Source of the DNA: Flectonema sp. DT1601
Taxonomy: Eukaryota
Direction: 5' to 3'
DNA: 64,000 nucleotides
Assembly (NCBI GenBank): GCA_964019425.1
Contig: OZ025804.1
Coordinates: 868,001-932,000 of the forward strand
Shown here: in pieces, positions 12,399-26,500 of the stretch
How positions within the stretch are numbered: position 1 is the first letter of the stretch
Layout: every line of letters begins with the position of its first letter
Translations under genes and position numbers: made by a program
The notes under the pieces: generated by a model
Told to the model about the DNA's origin: nothing
What the model saw: only the letters and a program-made list of their open reading frames with translations
The model's database searches: none

Positions 12399-13747
12399 AT
12401 GAGTAGGCGTCTTTTCGAGCCAGCCTCCATTCTCTCGAAGAGGTACAATGGAAGGAAGCCATCGGTAATTAGAAAGATTATTTCCGAGAATATTGGCGTA
12501 CCCGGGATGATCAGTCTTGCTGGTGGACTTCCTAATCCGGCAGTGTTTCCTATTACCGGAATAACAACACAACTAAGAGGAGGAGGTGAATTAGTTATTG
12601 AACAGAAGAAGGTGCAGGCAGCATTACAATACAGCGCCTCTACTGGACTTCCGTTTTTCGTTGAACAGCTGCGTGAGTTGCAAGAAAGATTTCACTCACC
12701 TCCCACAGAGAGATCCATTGCCGTTGGAACTGGTTCTCAATCGTTATTGGCTCAAGCTTTTGATATGGTTCTTAATGAGGGAGATCCTTTGATTATTGAA
12801 TCTCCAACATACCCTGGAGCACTAGCAGGATTACAAGCAATCCGCCCTACTTATTATGAAACAGCCTGTGACGGGAATGGTATCATTCCTGAGAAACTAT
12901 CAGAGATGCTCGACAACTGGGATGCTTCTAAGAAGAAGCCTCGAGTCTTGTACACTATTCCAACTGGACACAATCCAAGTGGATCGACCATCCCAACTAA
13001 TAGAAGAGTTGAAATTTACAAAATAGCTCAGAAACACGACCTCCTTATAATTGAAGACGATCCTTACTACTTTCTGTACTTGGGAGAGAAGGGAGCTACA
13101 GACAGAACACCACCAAAGTCATTCATGTCGATGGATGTTGACGGCAGAGTATTGAGATTCGATTCTTTCAGTAAGGTTTTATCATCTGGAATGAGAATTG
13201 GGTTTATGACTGCTCCACCTGACTTCGTGAAGGCGATTGAATTTGATATTCAAGGAACAGCACTACACACATCAAACATGGGACAAGTTATTGCTTCTAG
13301 TCTTCTTCAGAAATGGGGTAATGACGGATGGGATCATCACGTTAACGAAGTTAAAGACTTTTACGCTCAACGCAGAGACGTCTTCATCGACTGTTGTGAG
13401 AAAGAACTCGATGGACTAGCTACCTGGACCTATCCTCAAGGAGGAATGTTTGTTTGGTTTACTTTAAAAGGAATTGATGACACTTTAGACTTAATTATGA
13501 ACAAAGCAAAGGAACAGAAAGTACTCTTTGTACCTGGAGAGTCATTCTTCACAAATGGTCAACCAAGTTCTTGCGTGAGAGCGTCCTACTCAGTGGTATG
13601 CTCATATAATCTTTTTATTCAATCTTTGAGAGGGTTACCATATTATTATTATATCATTATCAATAACAACACAAACAGGCATCAGATGACGAGATGTCAA
13701 CTGCGATGTCCCGACTTGCCACTCTAATTAAAAGTCAGCAAGCATAA
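12399..13747 (+). CDS. AADAT: Kynurenine/alpha-aminoadipate aminotransferase-like, tandem copy 2, 421 aa
   Basis: Exons 12399-13595 and 13679-13747. Same motifs and same intron position as copy 1. Confidence 0.9.
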
Positions 13748-14569
13748 TTTTTTGTGGCATTCGTGCATGAGAGACACACTCAGACCCTTTTGATATAAAA
13801 GTGGCATCGACGCCTGTGAACAAAACGTTAAACGTGAAAAAGTTTTTCCTTCTTTTTCTTTTTCTTTTTTTTTTTTTTGAAAAAAAACTTTTCGATCGTG
13901 CGTCTCTCCTGGAGAAGTGATTCTAAATTCACTCTTTTTTTTAATTTTTTTTTTTTTTTTAATACTGGAAGATTGTAGTCAGCAAAAACAGAGGTTCGTA
14001 CAAACTCTCGTATGGAGAACACGCCACGACAGGGATAGCCTCAGTTGGTATCAATGTCTGCCCTAATCCCTATTTACATCACACGTTGTGTTTAGGAAGG
14101 TGTTTTTTGTGGGTAATGTTTTTGCTGCCTCACTCTATTCATTTTAAAAAAATAAAAAAAATAAAAAACGAAAGAGGGGAAAAATAATATGGAACATGAA
14201 TTATTTACATTTTAACATTAATAATAATCTCACTGTTTCCTCTGTTAGTCTAGTCTTTGGTAACTTAATTAATCACAAACTGTAATTTAAGATTGAAGGA
14301 GTAGCATGTGTTACCAATATTAAAAATTTCGAATTTAAAGTGGGGAAAAAAAAAAAACTCCGAGCGGAAATGAATACTGTTTTATATATTCCTCGGATTG
14401 TCTTTTTTTTTCTTCTAAAAAAGATGTCGCACGACCGATTAAAGGAAACAGTCGCATCTCCTTTTTAATACCCAACAGTTAAGCTGTTTTTATCCTTATT
14501 TCACTTCTCCTCCTCCCCCTCGCTCGACTGACTTCTATGCAATTTAATTTCGTTTTTTTTTTTCTAAAG

Positions 14570-17500
14570 ATGGACCTTACAAAATGGATACTACAGAAAT
14601 TTGCTGGACTTGATAAGTACGTTGATTTGGGAAGTGTTGTTGTGAAGTCAGGTCTGACTAGTTTAGTTCAAAAGGGAGAAATAGAATTTAACGATGTTGG
14701 TCTTCAAGCTGAAAAACTAACTGAGCTACTAGGAAATGGGATCTCGATTGAGAAGGGATTAATAAAAACGATCGGAATTCAACTTCCTTGGAATATAACT
14801 GCTCCTTTTAAAAGCATCAGGGGTGTGGTAAATGAATCGTGGAAGCTTCGTTTAAGCGGAGTATCTTTAACTATTAAAAGAAAACCATGTGAAAAATATA
14901 ACGCGACACCGTCAAATCAACATTCAGGGTTACTACATGATTTCATTTCATCAAAAGATTTCGATTTATTACAAACATTTGTTAACAGTGGTCCTCAAAT
15001 AAATACATTAGACTACACTGGATTCTTCGTTGATAGCACTGACAAAACTAATACAAAAACAAGTCAATGCGGTAGTTGTAGCTGTGTAATGTCAAACAAT
15101 GCAGTTATTGATTATAAATCAACTGACATAAGAATAACACCAATCTATAAAGATGAATTGGGTTTAGAATATTGTTCGAATTGCTATATAACTTTGAGAA
15201 GTCGACAACGGACTGCATCAGCCCTAAGACAATACGAATCCATGCTGCAAGAAGAAACATATTTAGATGTGGTTGTATCGGTGCCATTCAGTATTAGTAA
15301 TAGTTATTTTAAAAAAGATTTTTTTGAAAATAATCTAATCAAATCGATTCAGTGTAATTCAAAACCGATTCCTGGACTTCATCTTGATGATCAATTTTTA
15401 TTAATTGTTTCAGAAATTAATATCGATAAAGGTCTACAACTTCTGCGATCTAGCGGCAACGATATACACGAGTACCAATGTGTAGGTTATTGTTCGACTT
15501 TTCAGTGTTTTCCAGATGGAAACGACGCTTTCATTCTAAAACTTGTAATAAACGACTCAAAGGAAATGCAATTTACTGTCAACGAGTATCAGTTATCCAC
15601 ATTCCGTAGTCTAATTATTATGATTGGCGGGTCACATGCCGGTATTCCTACAGAGATGTCTGTGATTTCTGTACATTCTAAAATGATAGTTGGAACGTCT
15701 ATCAATGTAGTCATCGCTTCGCAATCCACGACATCAAGATCAACTGTTTTACAAAACCTTTCTTCGGTGAGTAGTGTTTTTAACACTGCTGTTGCTTGTC
15801 GAATCTCATCGCGTTCAGCAAAAGATAGAGCTCTTGATTCTCTTTTATTGAAAATCAACGGGATAAATGAATGGGAACAGAAAATTCAAAAACTTCACGA
15901 AAACGACTACTACTTGGCAAAGGGAGAATCAAGTGTCTGGAGGTTTCTATCAACGTTGCGGAAGTGTATTCACATAACAATAAATGACATTCACGTTAAG
16001 GTTATCGTTGATGACGTAAGCAAACCACTACAAGTAATTGAGTACGGGATTAAGGCTAAAAACATAACTTTAGACGACGGCAGTCATCAAAATGAACAAA
16101 CAACCATTCGAACCCTTTCTGTTGATACTCTGTCAGCATATTGTGGATCGGAAAATAATTCTATTCTCACGCCGACATCGGGAGAGGTCATATATCAAAA
16201 AATTGGGATTAAGAAATCGATAAATTTCACGTTAAATTCAAACCCTACAATCACTTTGAATAAAGAGAATATAGAATTACTGAAGCCATTGCTGTCATCG
16301 ATGTACGTAAAAACAACACCTCGAAATTATAAAGATCTTTGGAGACGTTCAATAAGTACGATCACGACATCAATTAATAAATTAAAATCAAAAAAGGGTA
16401 TTTCACTTCTGGAAGCTGATTACCAGTCTCTGAGAAATCACTTACACGGAATTGATCATTCGAATATAAAAATAAAACCCCAAAACATAAATATGTACTA
16501 TGAAATGCTTCAGACATATATTCCGATTGACTTGTTGTCAAAATGGAGTTCAAAGCAATGCTCTGCTTGTGGGCCTATAAACTTTAATCGAGTTTTTTAT
16601 GAAAACGGTCAATCGGAAGGCTTACAACAAAAACAACAAAAAGGTTTGTGTGTGTTTTTTGCTTGTTTTTGTTTTGCGCCGACGAAGTTGGAGAAGAAAC
16701 TATTCAGATTGAAAGCCGTTTATTTCTTGTGGTCGTAATTTATTTTCCCCTGTGTGACAGGATTCTGTCTGCGTTCAACTTGGTTCGGGAGAGTCTGAAT
16801 TACGGCTGCGATCAACACAATATAAGGCTTATCTGAATAATTTTCCCCCTTCTTTTTTTTGTATTAAAGACTTGAAACAAAAAAATAAAATCGAAAATAA
16901 CTAACCAACCAACAGGATACTATGGAGCTTTAACATCAGCCTTCTCAAACATGATGATGAGCGGAGTAAAAACTTTACTTCTGGAGAAGCCTCTTTCAAA
17001 CTTAGGTGTACTTCCTGCAGAAGACACAACCAACAATCCGATTGTGACAAACTCATTGAAGTCAACAACAAATATAATAATTAATATCCCAAGAGGAGTC
17101 TCTGTGGAAGGATTTGGCTTAAAAACTCGCGTATCAAAGGTTCATATTAATAGTACCTTAGAAGATGGAAGATACTGTATTGAGGAGGGGAGAGTGGGTG
17201 GTATTTCATCCAAAGTAATTAACAGTAATGAGATGGTTGTCGAGGGATTGGAATCTAAGAGTGAGGCTCCAATGATATCGTTGAAGAATTGTGTTGTAGA
17301 TACCACTGAGAAGGTGATTGAAATCAAATCGTTGTTATCACAAAAACTATCAATCAGAATGAAATCAGAAACCATTGCAGTGGTGTCACGTGATGTTCGT
17401 TCTCTGCTTCAGTTGTTTAGTTCTACAACTGTTTCGAATCTTATTAATGAAAATAACTTTCACAGAGTAGTTCCTCAACACTTTGCAATGATTCTATTAA

Positions 17501-20500
17501 AAAGATTTACTCCCACAGTCCCATATTCCCTTGGCTCTAGCCGTAGTGCAGTAACACTAAGTACAATTTCTGTTACTCTCAACAAACTAACGTTAATTAT
17601 TGGTAGTTCTGCTTTACATGTAACGCAGTCTGTGAAGAGGTTAAGTATTAAGTCTTTGTGTTTAAAAAGAAATATAAAATCAATAATAAAAGACGTTGAC
17701 ATTGACGTCTCAAACAGGAATAAGAATATCAACGTGGACGTGTCTCCAGTTGTGATAAATTTATCTCAGCAGAGTTCGGGATGTTCGTTGAGGTGTTTAA
17801 TAGAAGAAGAAGTTGTTCCGTTGTTGAACAGTCTTTCACTTACTGTGTTAACTGATACTCGAGCTACAGCTTTGTGTACACCAGCAACTTACTTAGGAGA
17901 AAGAGCTATTGCTGAACTGTTACTCTCTCCGTTAGAATTAATTATCATACCGACAGGAAAGCATCGTATTGGTGCTGTCACTCAAAGGAAACAACCCACG
18001 TCATTCAGACTCACAAGAAAGACTCATTTACACACAAAAGCAGGACTTGGAGACAAACAGTGTCTCATATTGGATAAAAAATATTCTATCACATTAAGAG
18101 ATCGATCTGACAAGGATGAATTGATAAAAAGAATTTTAGAAAACCATCACGACTCTAATTCTGTTGAACTGCCTGTCGTTGAACGGAAATCCTCAAATCC
18201 GTATGGTCTTCGAATTAATATAAAACAAACAGTTATAATTGTGAACTCTTTTATGTTAAAAACTGACGCTGTGCTATTTGAACCGATCGATGGAAAGTTA
18301 AACATCACCCTGCCAAACTTTATGGGGAAGATTGTTGACAGTAGTAGTTGTCTGGTTATTGGTTCAGAAGGAAGTTCAAGTGAACAGCATCTAAATATTG
18401 AATTCGGATTCAACCCTTGCCCGACACTCTCAATATCATCACCTAGACTGTTAACATTGTGTGACCCATCTTGTGTTGATGTGGCTCTTAGTCAGATTGA
18501 GGAGTTAGTTTCGTGTGTTCAGTTATTTAAATCAATTGTTCCTCCTCCTGTTGATCTCAGTGACGAAATCTTTAGATTCTCTTTACAAGTTCGACCTCCT
18601 CAACAGCTTCCAGTTCTGACACTTCGGGTGATCAATAATTCAAATGAACAACAACTACAATCTCGTTCTGTAGTATCACAGCATCCTTTGGCAACAATAA
18701 CTGTCGGTTTGCTTGAGATATCTGAGCTCGTCGTCAGCGCTTTTGGAGTTGGGACTATTGCTGGGTTGTTGGCAGATGTTAAAATAACAGACCAAAACAG
18801 TGGAACTGCAATGCAATGGGGAGGGACATCTCTCAACTTGCAATCAAAGTACCAATCAAACAGAACTATCTCCACTAACTGCGATGTTGAAATCGCAGAA
18901 GCGATAATTGACTTAACTCTGCTTCGAATTATTTCATCTTTTTGGTGTCAATTTCAGCAAAGTACACCAGCGAGAACGACACCACAAACACCACAGAAAA
19001 CAGTAATCCCACGAACAACAAAACTACATATGGTGAGTCAACCATTTACTTTATTACTTCCATCTGTGAGGCGTTCTGTTGAATTACTTTTGTGGTCTTC
19101 ATTGGAATTGACTGTGACGGATTCTGAGATGCGAATAACATCATCAAACTGGTTTGGTGACGGATCGATGTTAGAAATTTCTAAAAAAAATGAACCAAAT
19201 CAGACAAATACTTCGATAACAATAACACCACCGTCTGTTGTTGAATTTAATATAAATATATTACTCGATTCTTATCAACAGGTGATGATCGATATAAACT
19301 CTTTGAGTGCAGAGTCTAAGAAACAACCTCAAATAAACACAACCAGTAACACAATATCAGTTGTGTGGAATGGTAGTGTTGTTTCATTTATGGAAGAAGA
19401 TCCATACGGAGATGATGTTTGTGATAAGAAATTAATAAGTATTCACGTAGGAAGTGGTACGGCTAGCTATGAAGGATGTCAAAACTCATATACCTTTAGA
19501 ATTTCAAGTTTAAGTTACTTACATGTCGATGTGGAGGCTCATCGATTACTTTCGTACTCTCCTTCTCATTATATTCAAGAACAGCCGTTGCTTAGCTTTT
19601 CCTTGGAAGATCGTAGCATATCAGTTCTGTTTGACTCTAACTACACTGACGTTACAGTTACTCCACACAGTTTTGAATCTTTGTTATTGTTGTTTAATAA
19701 GTTTAGTTCCCTGAAATCGAACCAACCAACAACGACAACAACAACAACAACAACAATCACCACTACTGATGACACTTCTAACAGTTTGTATGGATTCGAT
19801 GTTTTGTTAAGTAGACTTCCGGTTGTTGTTATAAAATCAAACACTGAAACATTAGAAATTTCAATCGAAGAGATCCGGGTTCGAACCGAAGCATTTCATA
19901 CAACAAGTGAAAGAGTATTACACGAAGCTATTGTTAAAGATATTTGTGTAGTCTTAAATTCGATTCCTTTGATACATTCGGATAATGATCAGAGAGCGAT
20001 CAGTGCCTCTGCTGACATTTCAGAAAGAATTGTAAGCGACACAATAACAAAGTGTTCTTGTGGTAGTGATACCTTCATAGTAACCTCATCACAGGGTAAA
20101 CTGGTTACTGGCATTGCGAGGTCAGCCAGGGTTGTTCTTTGCCCTGTAGTAGTAAACTTAACAACAGCTGTCATTGTATCAGTTATAAGGCTTTCTGATC
20201 GATATTTAGAAGCTGTTGACGTAGCTTTAGATCAAACAGAACTCTCAAGTAAACCTGAACTAGAAGTGACCACTACTAAGTGTTGTTCAGTTTGTGAAAT
20301 ATCATTTCAAGATAATCCTGGTTTCCTTATTGATGTAACAATCTCAGCTATTATAATATCATTTGAGGATGAAGGTTCACATGATGCTGATGAACTGCCA
20401 GATGATAATGTGAAACCTAACGGGATAGCATTACAACTATTAGGTTTTACCTTTAACTCTGTTGGTAGTACTCCCTACGCGATTATCAGTAAGCCTTCGA

Positions 20501-23500
20501 ATCTAATGCAGATTCAATTTAGATCGTTGGGTGTTGTTGATTGTTCGAGGATTGGAACTGATGTTCCGAATGTGATTTCTATGTTCTCATCGGGAGATGA
20601 GATCGTTCGATATCCGAAATTAGAGTCTCAGGGTGGTCAGAAAGAGTTGAAAAGTTGTTTTAGAATGACTCATAAAATATGCACTGATCACAGTGTCGTT
20701 CTCAACTGTGACATTAGTAACATCTGTCTTGACGTTATTGTTATTGGATGTGATACGATTACTGTTTTAGATTTACTCTCGAAGAGTCTTATTGAGATTC
20801 AAACAGCAATCAATTCTACTTCATATCAACAACCTCCAACAAAACCGAACAACAAATCCAATTCAATGGACATCACACTGAGTTTAATGAAGTTTGAAAT
20901 AGCATTTCTTCATAACAACTTCCCTCTGGGGGTTTGTTGTGTTAAAGACACGGTTATCACTCTCAATGACTATTCTATTTTGGATGTTAGAATTGTAAAA
21001 ACACATTTATCGGTAAACTATTCTGGAGAAACAGTTCCGTTATTTGAATCAACGGGTGAGTTGTTTGCGTCTCTTCGATTTGACCTGTTACAAAATAATT
21101 TCAACGCAATTATTAATAATATTCAAATATTAATATCTCGTGAAGCCATCTACACTCTCCTAACATATTTGGTAAACTTTCAAATGATAATAAAAAGAAG
21201 TCTTAGTCTGATCTCACCACCAACTAAACAAAATGATAAAACAACAACCACTAACACTACTAAAGGCAGTGTAGAATTTAAATCTATTTTATTTGATATT
21301 CCAACAAGCTGTTCGTTATCAACAGGAGGAGCACACATCGAGACATCGGGTGGTTTAATTATCAACAACTCAATTATCACAATCACAAGCAGTATAACAG
21401 GTTGTATTGGAGCAGATCCTTGTCCTCTGGTGACGATGAGTAATAAAGTTATTGTTGAATTCGAACCTCATATTTCTGTTATAATCTCATCTGATGAATT
21501 GGTGTTGTTTTGGTGTCCAATCAGATGGAAGATGTTGGGATCGATTTGGAGAAAGAATCTGGACGGGCTTTGGATAGCTGACAGCAACAACAGAAATGTA
21601 ATTTCAAAACAAAAGTCGTCTCACTTTGATGATGGTGATGATGATGATGGTAGTGATGGTCTCGGTGATAACATGGAAATAGCAACATTCACAGAAAACA
21701 CATCCATTCATCATCAGCGATCAGATAAAACAAAAGTTCTACTTCGATGTGAAATCAGTCGAATCGACGTCGACATTTGCGATTCATCACTTCTGATGTC
21801 CGTATCAGAACTTACTTCTGTTCTTACCTTGAAAGACTCGTTGAATGTTTCAGGTACTGTAGTGATTGACACATCAGAAATAATAGTTTTAGATAAATTA
21901 AAATCATGTTGCTTACTACGTTGGTCAAGCGATGATGAACTTGTGAAGTTGTCCTTTACTGATGAGGTAATTCGAGGATTATTATCAGCTGGTGATGTGA
22001 GGGTAGACATTCCTGAAGGATACTCATTACCCAAAACCATAACTGAACCAATCAACTCTTCAGTAGGTGTTGGTCACTTACAGGCATCAACAGGACTAGA
22101 AGCTTTTCTTTGCGATCCAACTTCTGATGAAAACCTACTAATTAGATCAAGCCTTGTCTTGTTTGACGGTTGTACAATCTCTACTGACACTGTTCTTGGA
22201 AATTTTAATTATATAACAACCTCTACTTATACAGTCGGGATGATTGTGGAATACGAAACTCAAACAGGCTGGTCTACCGGAACCATTGAAAGTATTTTTA
22301 CAAAACCAGAACACGGATATAATAGACTCGTTTACTACATAAAAGACCACAAATCTAAAGAATTACAACGAAACATCGATTCATCAAGCATTCGAAACAT
22401 CGATTCCAACAGAGACAACGATACTGACATTATCACAGTTGACTTCAGAGGATTTAAATTATATTTACCACATCCGTCATCACATAGTAGTCCAGTAATT
22501 AATATTCCTGAAGGGGTGGTTTTAATTATTCAAAATGCTTCTGTAATAGAACCTTTGAGAGGGTATCTTAAGAATAAAAAATGCGTCGGTGATTCTAAAA
22601 TAACACTTCACGCTTCTTCAACAGTATCAGTTGGATACGTTGATGCTATCGTAGTGGATAACAGTGTTGCGAGTGATGTAATTTTTCCTCCTCATGCGAA
22701 GGTTGAGTCGATTATGAGGGAGAATGACAGTTCTAAGGCAAGCTATGCGGCGACAATAAAAGCAAACAGTCCTTCAACTGTTGAAAAAAAACCATTGCAA
22801 CTCGACATCGACATCAACGGCAACATCTCAGTAACCACTGCTAACTTATACACTATTAAGACAGCTGTTGCTGCGAGTTTGCAACATCCCGAAGCATTTC
22901 AGGTAACTGGAAGTCTCTCTGTGACTAAACGAAGTGTAGGAGAATCATCTATGTATCTGTCAGGTTATAACAGCAACCTTATTGAGATTAATAAATTAAC
23001 AATAAGTGGAAGACAGCAATATTCACAATGCTGTTGTACAATAGACGATATTGATGTTCTACTTTGTAACCAAGACTTGCAGTGGTTGGGATTGGTGGAT
23101 GTTTCAAGTTATGAAACAATATCAACGACGGAAATACGAATTTCAAAAATTCATTTTGGATTTGAACTAATAAACCAAATTGATTCTATCGTGGGAGGGA
23201 CTTTATTAAAATCAACTTCTGTAGTGTTGGAGGGAATCAACTGCTGCAACGTCTCAACTTTATTTGTCGTTTTAATGAGAACTGCAGGGATGTTCCCGAT
23301 ACCAACACCGGTACTACCCGACTCCTTCACTGTCGATGATATTACAATAGAAGTTGATTGGAGAAATCTACTTGATAGTGATATCGCACCCGCTGCACCT
23401 GCCGTTAGTATTCAACTCTCTGGTATTCACTTATCAGTCACAGAGAATAATGGATGGTGTTCTGTTGCTTGTCGTAAATATGTTGGTCAGACTTTGAGTC

Positions 23501-26500
23501 AAAAACGTGTTAAAAATAGAACGAGTTTACAACAGGTTTTGAGAAATTCAAGACTTTGGAAGAGAAATGGAAAGTGTGAGAATGTGACAACGAAAATGAT
23601 GAATCTCCTTCCTTTATTGTTGTCTAGTAGATGTTCACTCAAAGTGAATGATATTCACTTTGATATTTGTAGAACTATTCAGTTATCACTTATGAAAGCA
23701 ACAATATCACCGCAATGCTCGTCTAAAGTCTCAGAAGCTGTCGACATTTCAGTCGAGAGCCTGACCGCTGCTGTCGGATCTCACTCATCACGACGACAGT
23801 CATATGTAGACATTGAAAACATTACGGCTACGTTGCTCATTACTAATCATAATATCAAACTAACACCATTCAATAAGTCAAATAATGGTTCTAAAAAAGC
23901 TTTTCTTGAGGGAGAGTTTCAATTCATATCAACAAAGCTTCACCACATTACTGACTTACACCAACTCCAATCACTACTAACAACGTTGCAGACTTTACAA
24001 CAAACTTCTCAATTGGCACATCTCAAAGACATTGCTGTCGTTAATTCCAGAAAGATGATGAGCAGTGAAGGAAACGTATTTGTGAAGGCTAAATGGCTCT
24101 ATGCACTGTACTGTATATCTCATGTTAGAAAAAACAACAGCAGGGGTGATACATTTAAAAAAGGAAAAGCACTACTCGCGTCTGAATACACTGTGTTGGT
24201 TGAACGAATTACGAGATCTGAAACTTCAAAAAGCAGAACAAATCTCAAAACATACCAACGACTACTTGAAAAATACATTCCAACAGAAATAATAATAAAA
24301 GCCAGGATAGCAACTTATAAATTATTCAATATCACTAGTAAGCCAAATAGTAATGAATCAGTACTTTATGAAAGGTTTATAAAACTGTTAATACCAACAG
24401 AAGGAGAAACTGTTAAACAAATGAAACTAAGACCTGGTTGGACTGAAAACAGTGATGTTAATCTGAAGATTAATAATATCGAAATCGTTTCAATGCAACA
24501 TTCGATCAGAAGTCGAATTGAGGGAGCAGTGATATTACGAAGTGAGGGGATCATCTCATTATCACAACCAGCTATCACTGTTAATATTGGTGAAGACGAT
24601 GAGAGACTGTTGACGTATTCTCCTGGTCAAAGAGCTGAAGGGGGTCTGTATCAGATCCCGCAGAATAAAAATGCTCGTCTGGTTACAATGTCTCCATCGA
24701 GTCTTCTATTTCCAAACAGAAGTACCCCACAACGAGATCTACGAAGTACTTCATTATTCTCAATAGTAGAAGGAGGTCTATGGACTGGTGATATTAATAT
24801 TGTCTTAAATACGATTAGAGTCAATGCTTCACAAAAAGCTTTAAGAGCATTGCAATCACTCACTAGACCTGTTCAAGAAACAATAATAACGACACCATTA
24901 GCAAGTGATGACAGCGACGATAGTGGTTCTATTGTTTCTGGTTCGAGTTATAAACCTTCACCTACAAACTTAACAAGAACACATCACATTGCGGGGAAGT
25001 CATTTATTCTTAAGAGACGAAGAGTAACAAAACCATCAGATTTCAGTCATCGTCATTCCCTTGTTGGAAGACCAGTAAAACCAAACTTTTTATCTGCGAG
25101 AAGAAGTTCAGAAAGTCCTTCAAAACGACGAATTCCAAACCAAACATTCAACGCTGAGAAGTCAGCTGCTTATTGTACGCTTCTTGATCAGTGCGAGAGT
25201 CAAGAAATAGTATCTGACTGCACTGCTTCATCATCAGAACCCCTAGTGATAAGTTGCCACACAGATGATGCCGTCAGTGGGATGTTTGTATTTGAAGGAA
25301 ACTCACATTTAATTGTAATCGAAGTTGACTCAAAGGATCCTCGCAATCCAATTGTTTTTAACGACAGCAGTGGGACAACAGTATGTCCTATCGTGTTGTT
25401 TAAGAATTGTACTTTTGTAGTTCCGAACACGACTTCCTTTTCATTCGATGATATATTTGACATCCCCAACGGAGGGACTGTCAGATATCAGAATTGTGAA
25501 CTTCTGTGTGGAGTTAACTTAGCAGGCGATCCCAGTAATACTCATCCCGATACTCAACCATTATACGGAAGGAGGTTAATTAAAGTCACGTTAAAAGGAG
25601 CGAGTTCCACTGCTACTGAAGGAGTTCTAATGGAGTTACGTGATTACCACACTCGTAGTCAGAATAATATTGTTTTGTTACAAATGTTAACTCAACACTA
25701 TGACTCTAATGAAGTGTTATTATTACCTGAAGATGACAGTGATGTCGGTAGATTTAATATTTCTGTCATCAGTTGCAGTACTGGTGAGGTAGTTCCGTTG
25801 TCTTTTTATGATGTCGTTGATGGAGGTCGTTACGAAGCGATCGTGACTCGAAAATTCGTTATCACTTCAGCTATTTTAAAAACTATTACAATCTCTCTCA
25901 GCTCATTTAGTTTTGAACCTGTTAAGTTCGTTAGGGATGCTCCTTTTATTAGGTATACTCACCTTAGCTCTTTACAAGATAAGGTTTCTGATACTCCGAG
26001 TGCGATAACGGTTCAGGTATGATTTGTTGTTTTTTTTTATTAACCCATTAAGGACGGGGGGTCCACTACAGTGGTTATTTTGAAATTTTATTTTCGCTAA
26101 GGGGAAAACCCGGCTAACGCTACCCAGGGGGGGTGTAATCGAGGCCGTTTCGCGACGAATCTTGGGTGGGATGGCGTGGTTCGCTGTGTTTTTATTCATG
26201 AAATTCAAAACTAATAATCGAAATTTTACCACCTAACAAGAAGTTTCGTGTGCCTGTTGAAATTAATACAAGTTCGGCGTCCAATGAAGGTCTGATGATG
26301 ATGGATTCTGTATCGGAGTCGTCATCTGACAGCAACACAGCAAAGGTATCAAAGTGGGGGGGCAAAACCAAGAGAATCCCCAGGAAAAAACGGAAAGGAC
26401 CTACCCAGAGTGTGAGCGACTTTAATGAAATGAGCGAATTGAAGGCATCCAACTCATTTTCACTGATCATGTGCTTAAAATGATATTTCGACACACTCTT

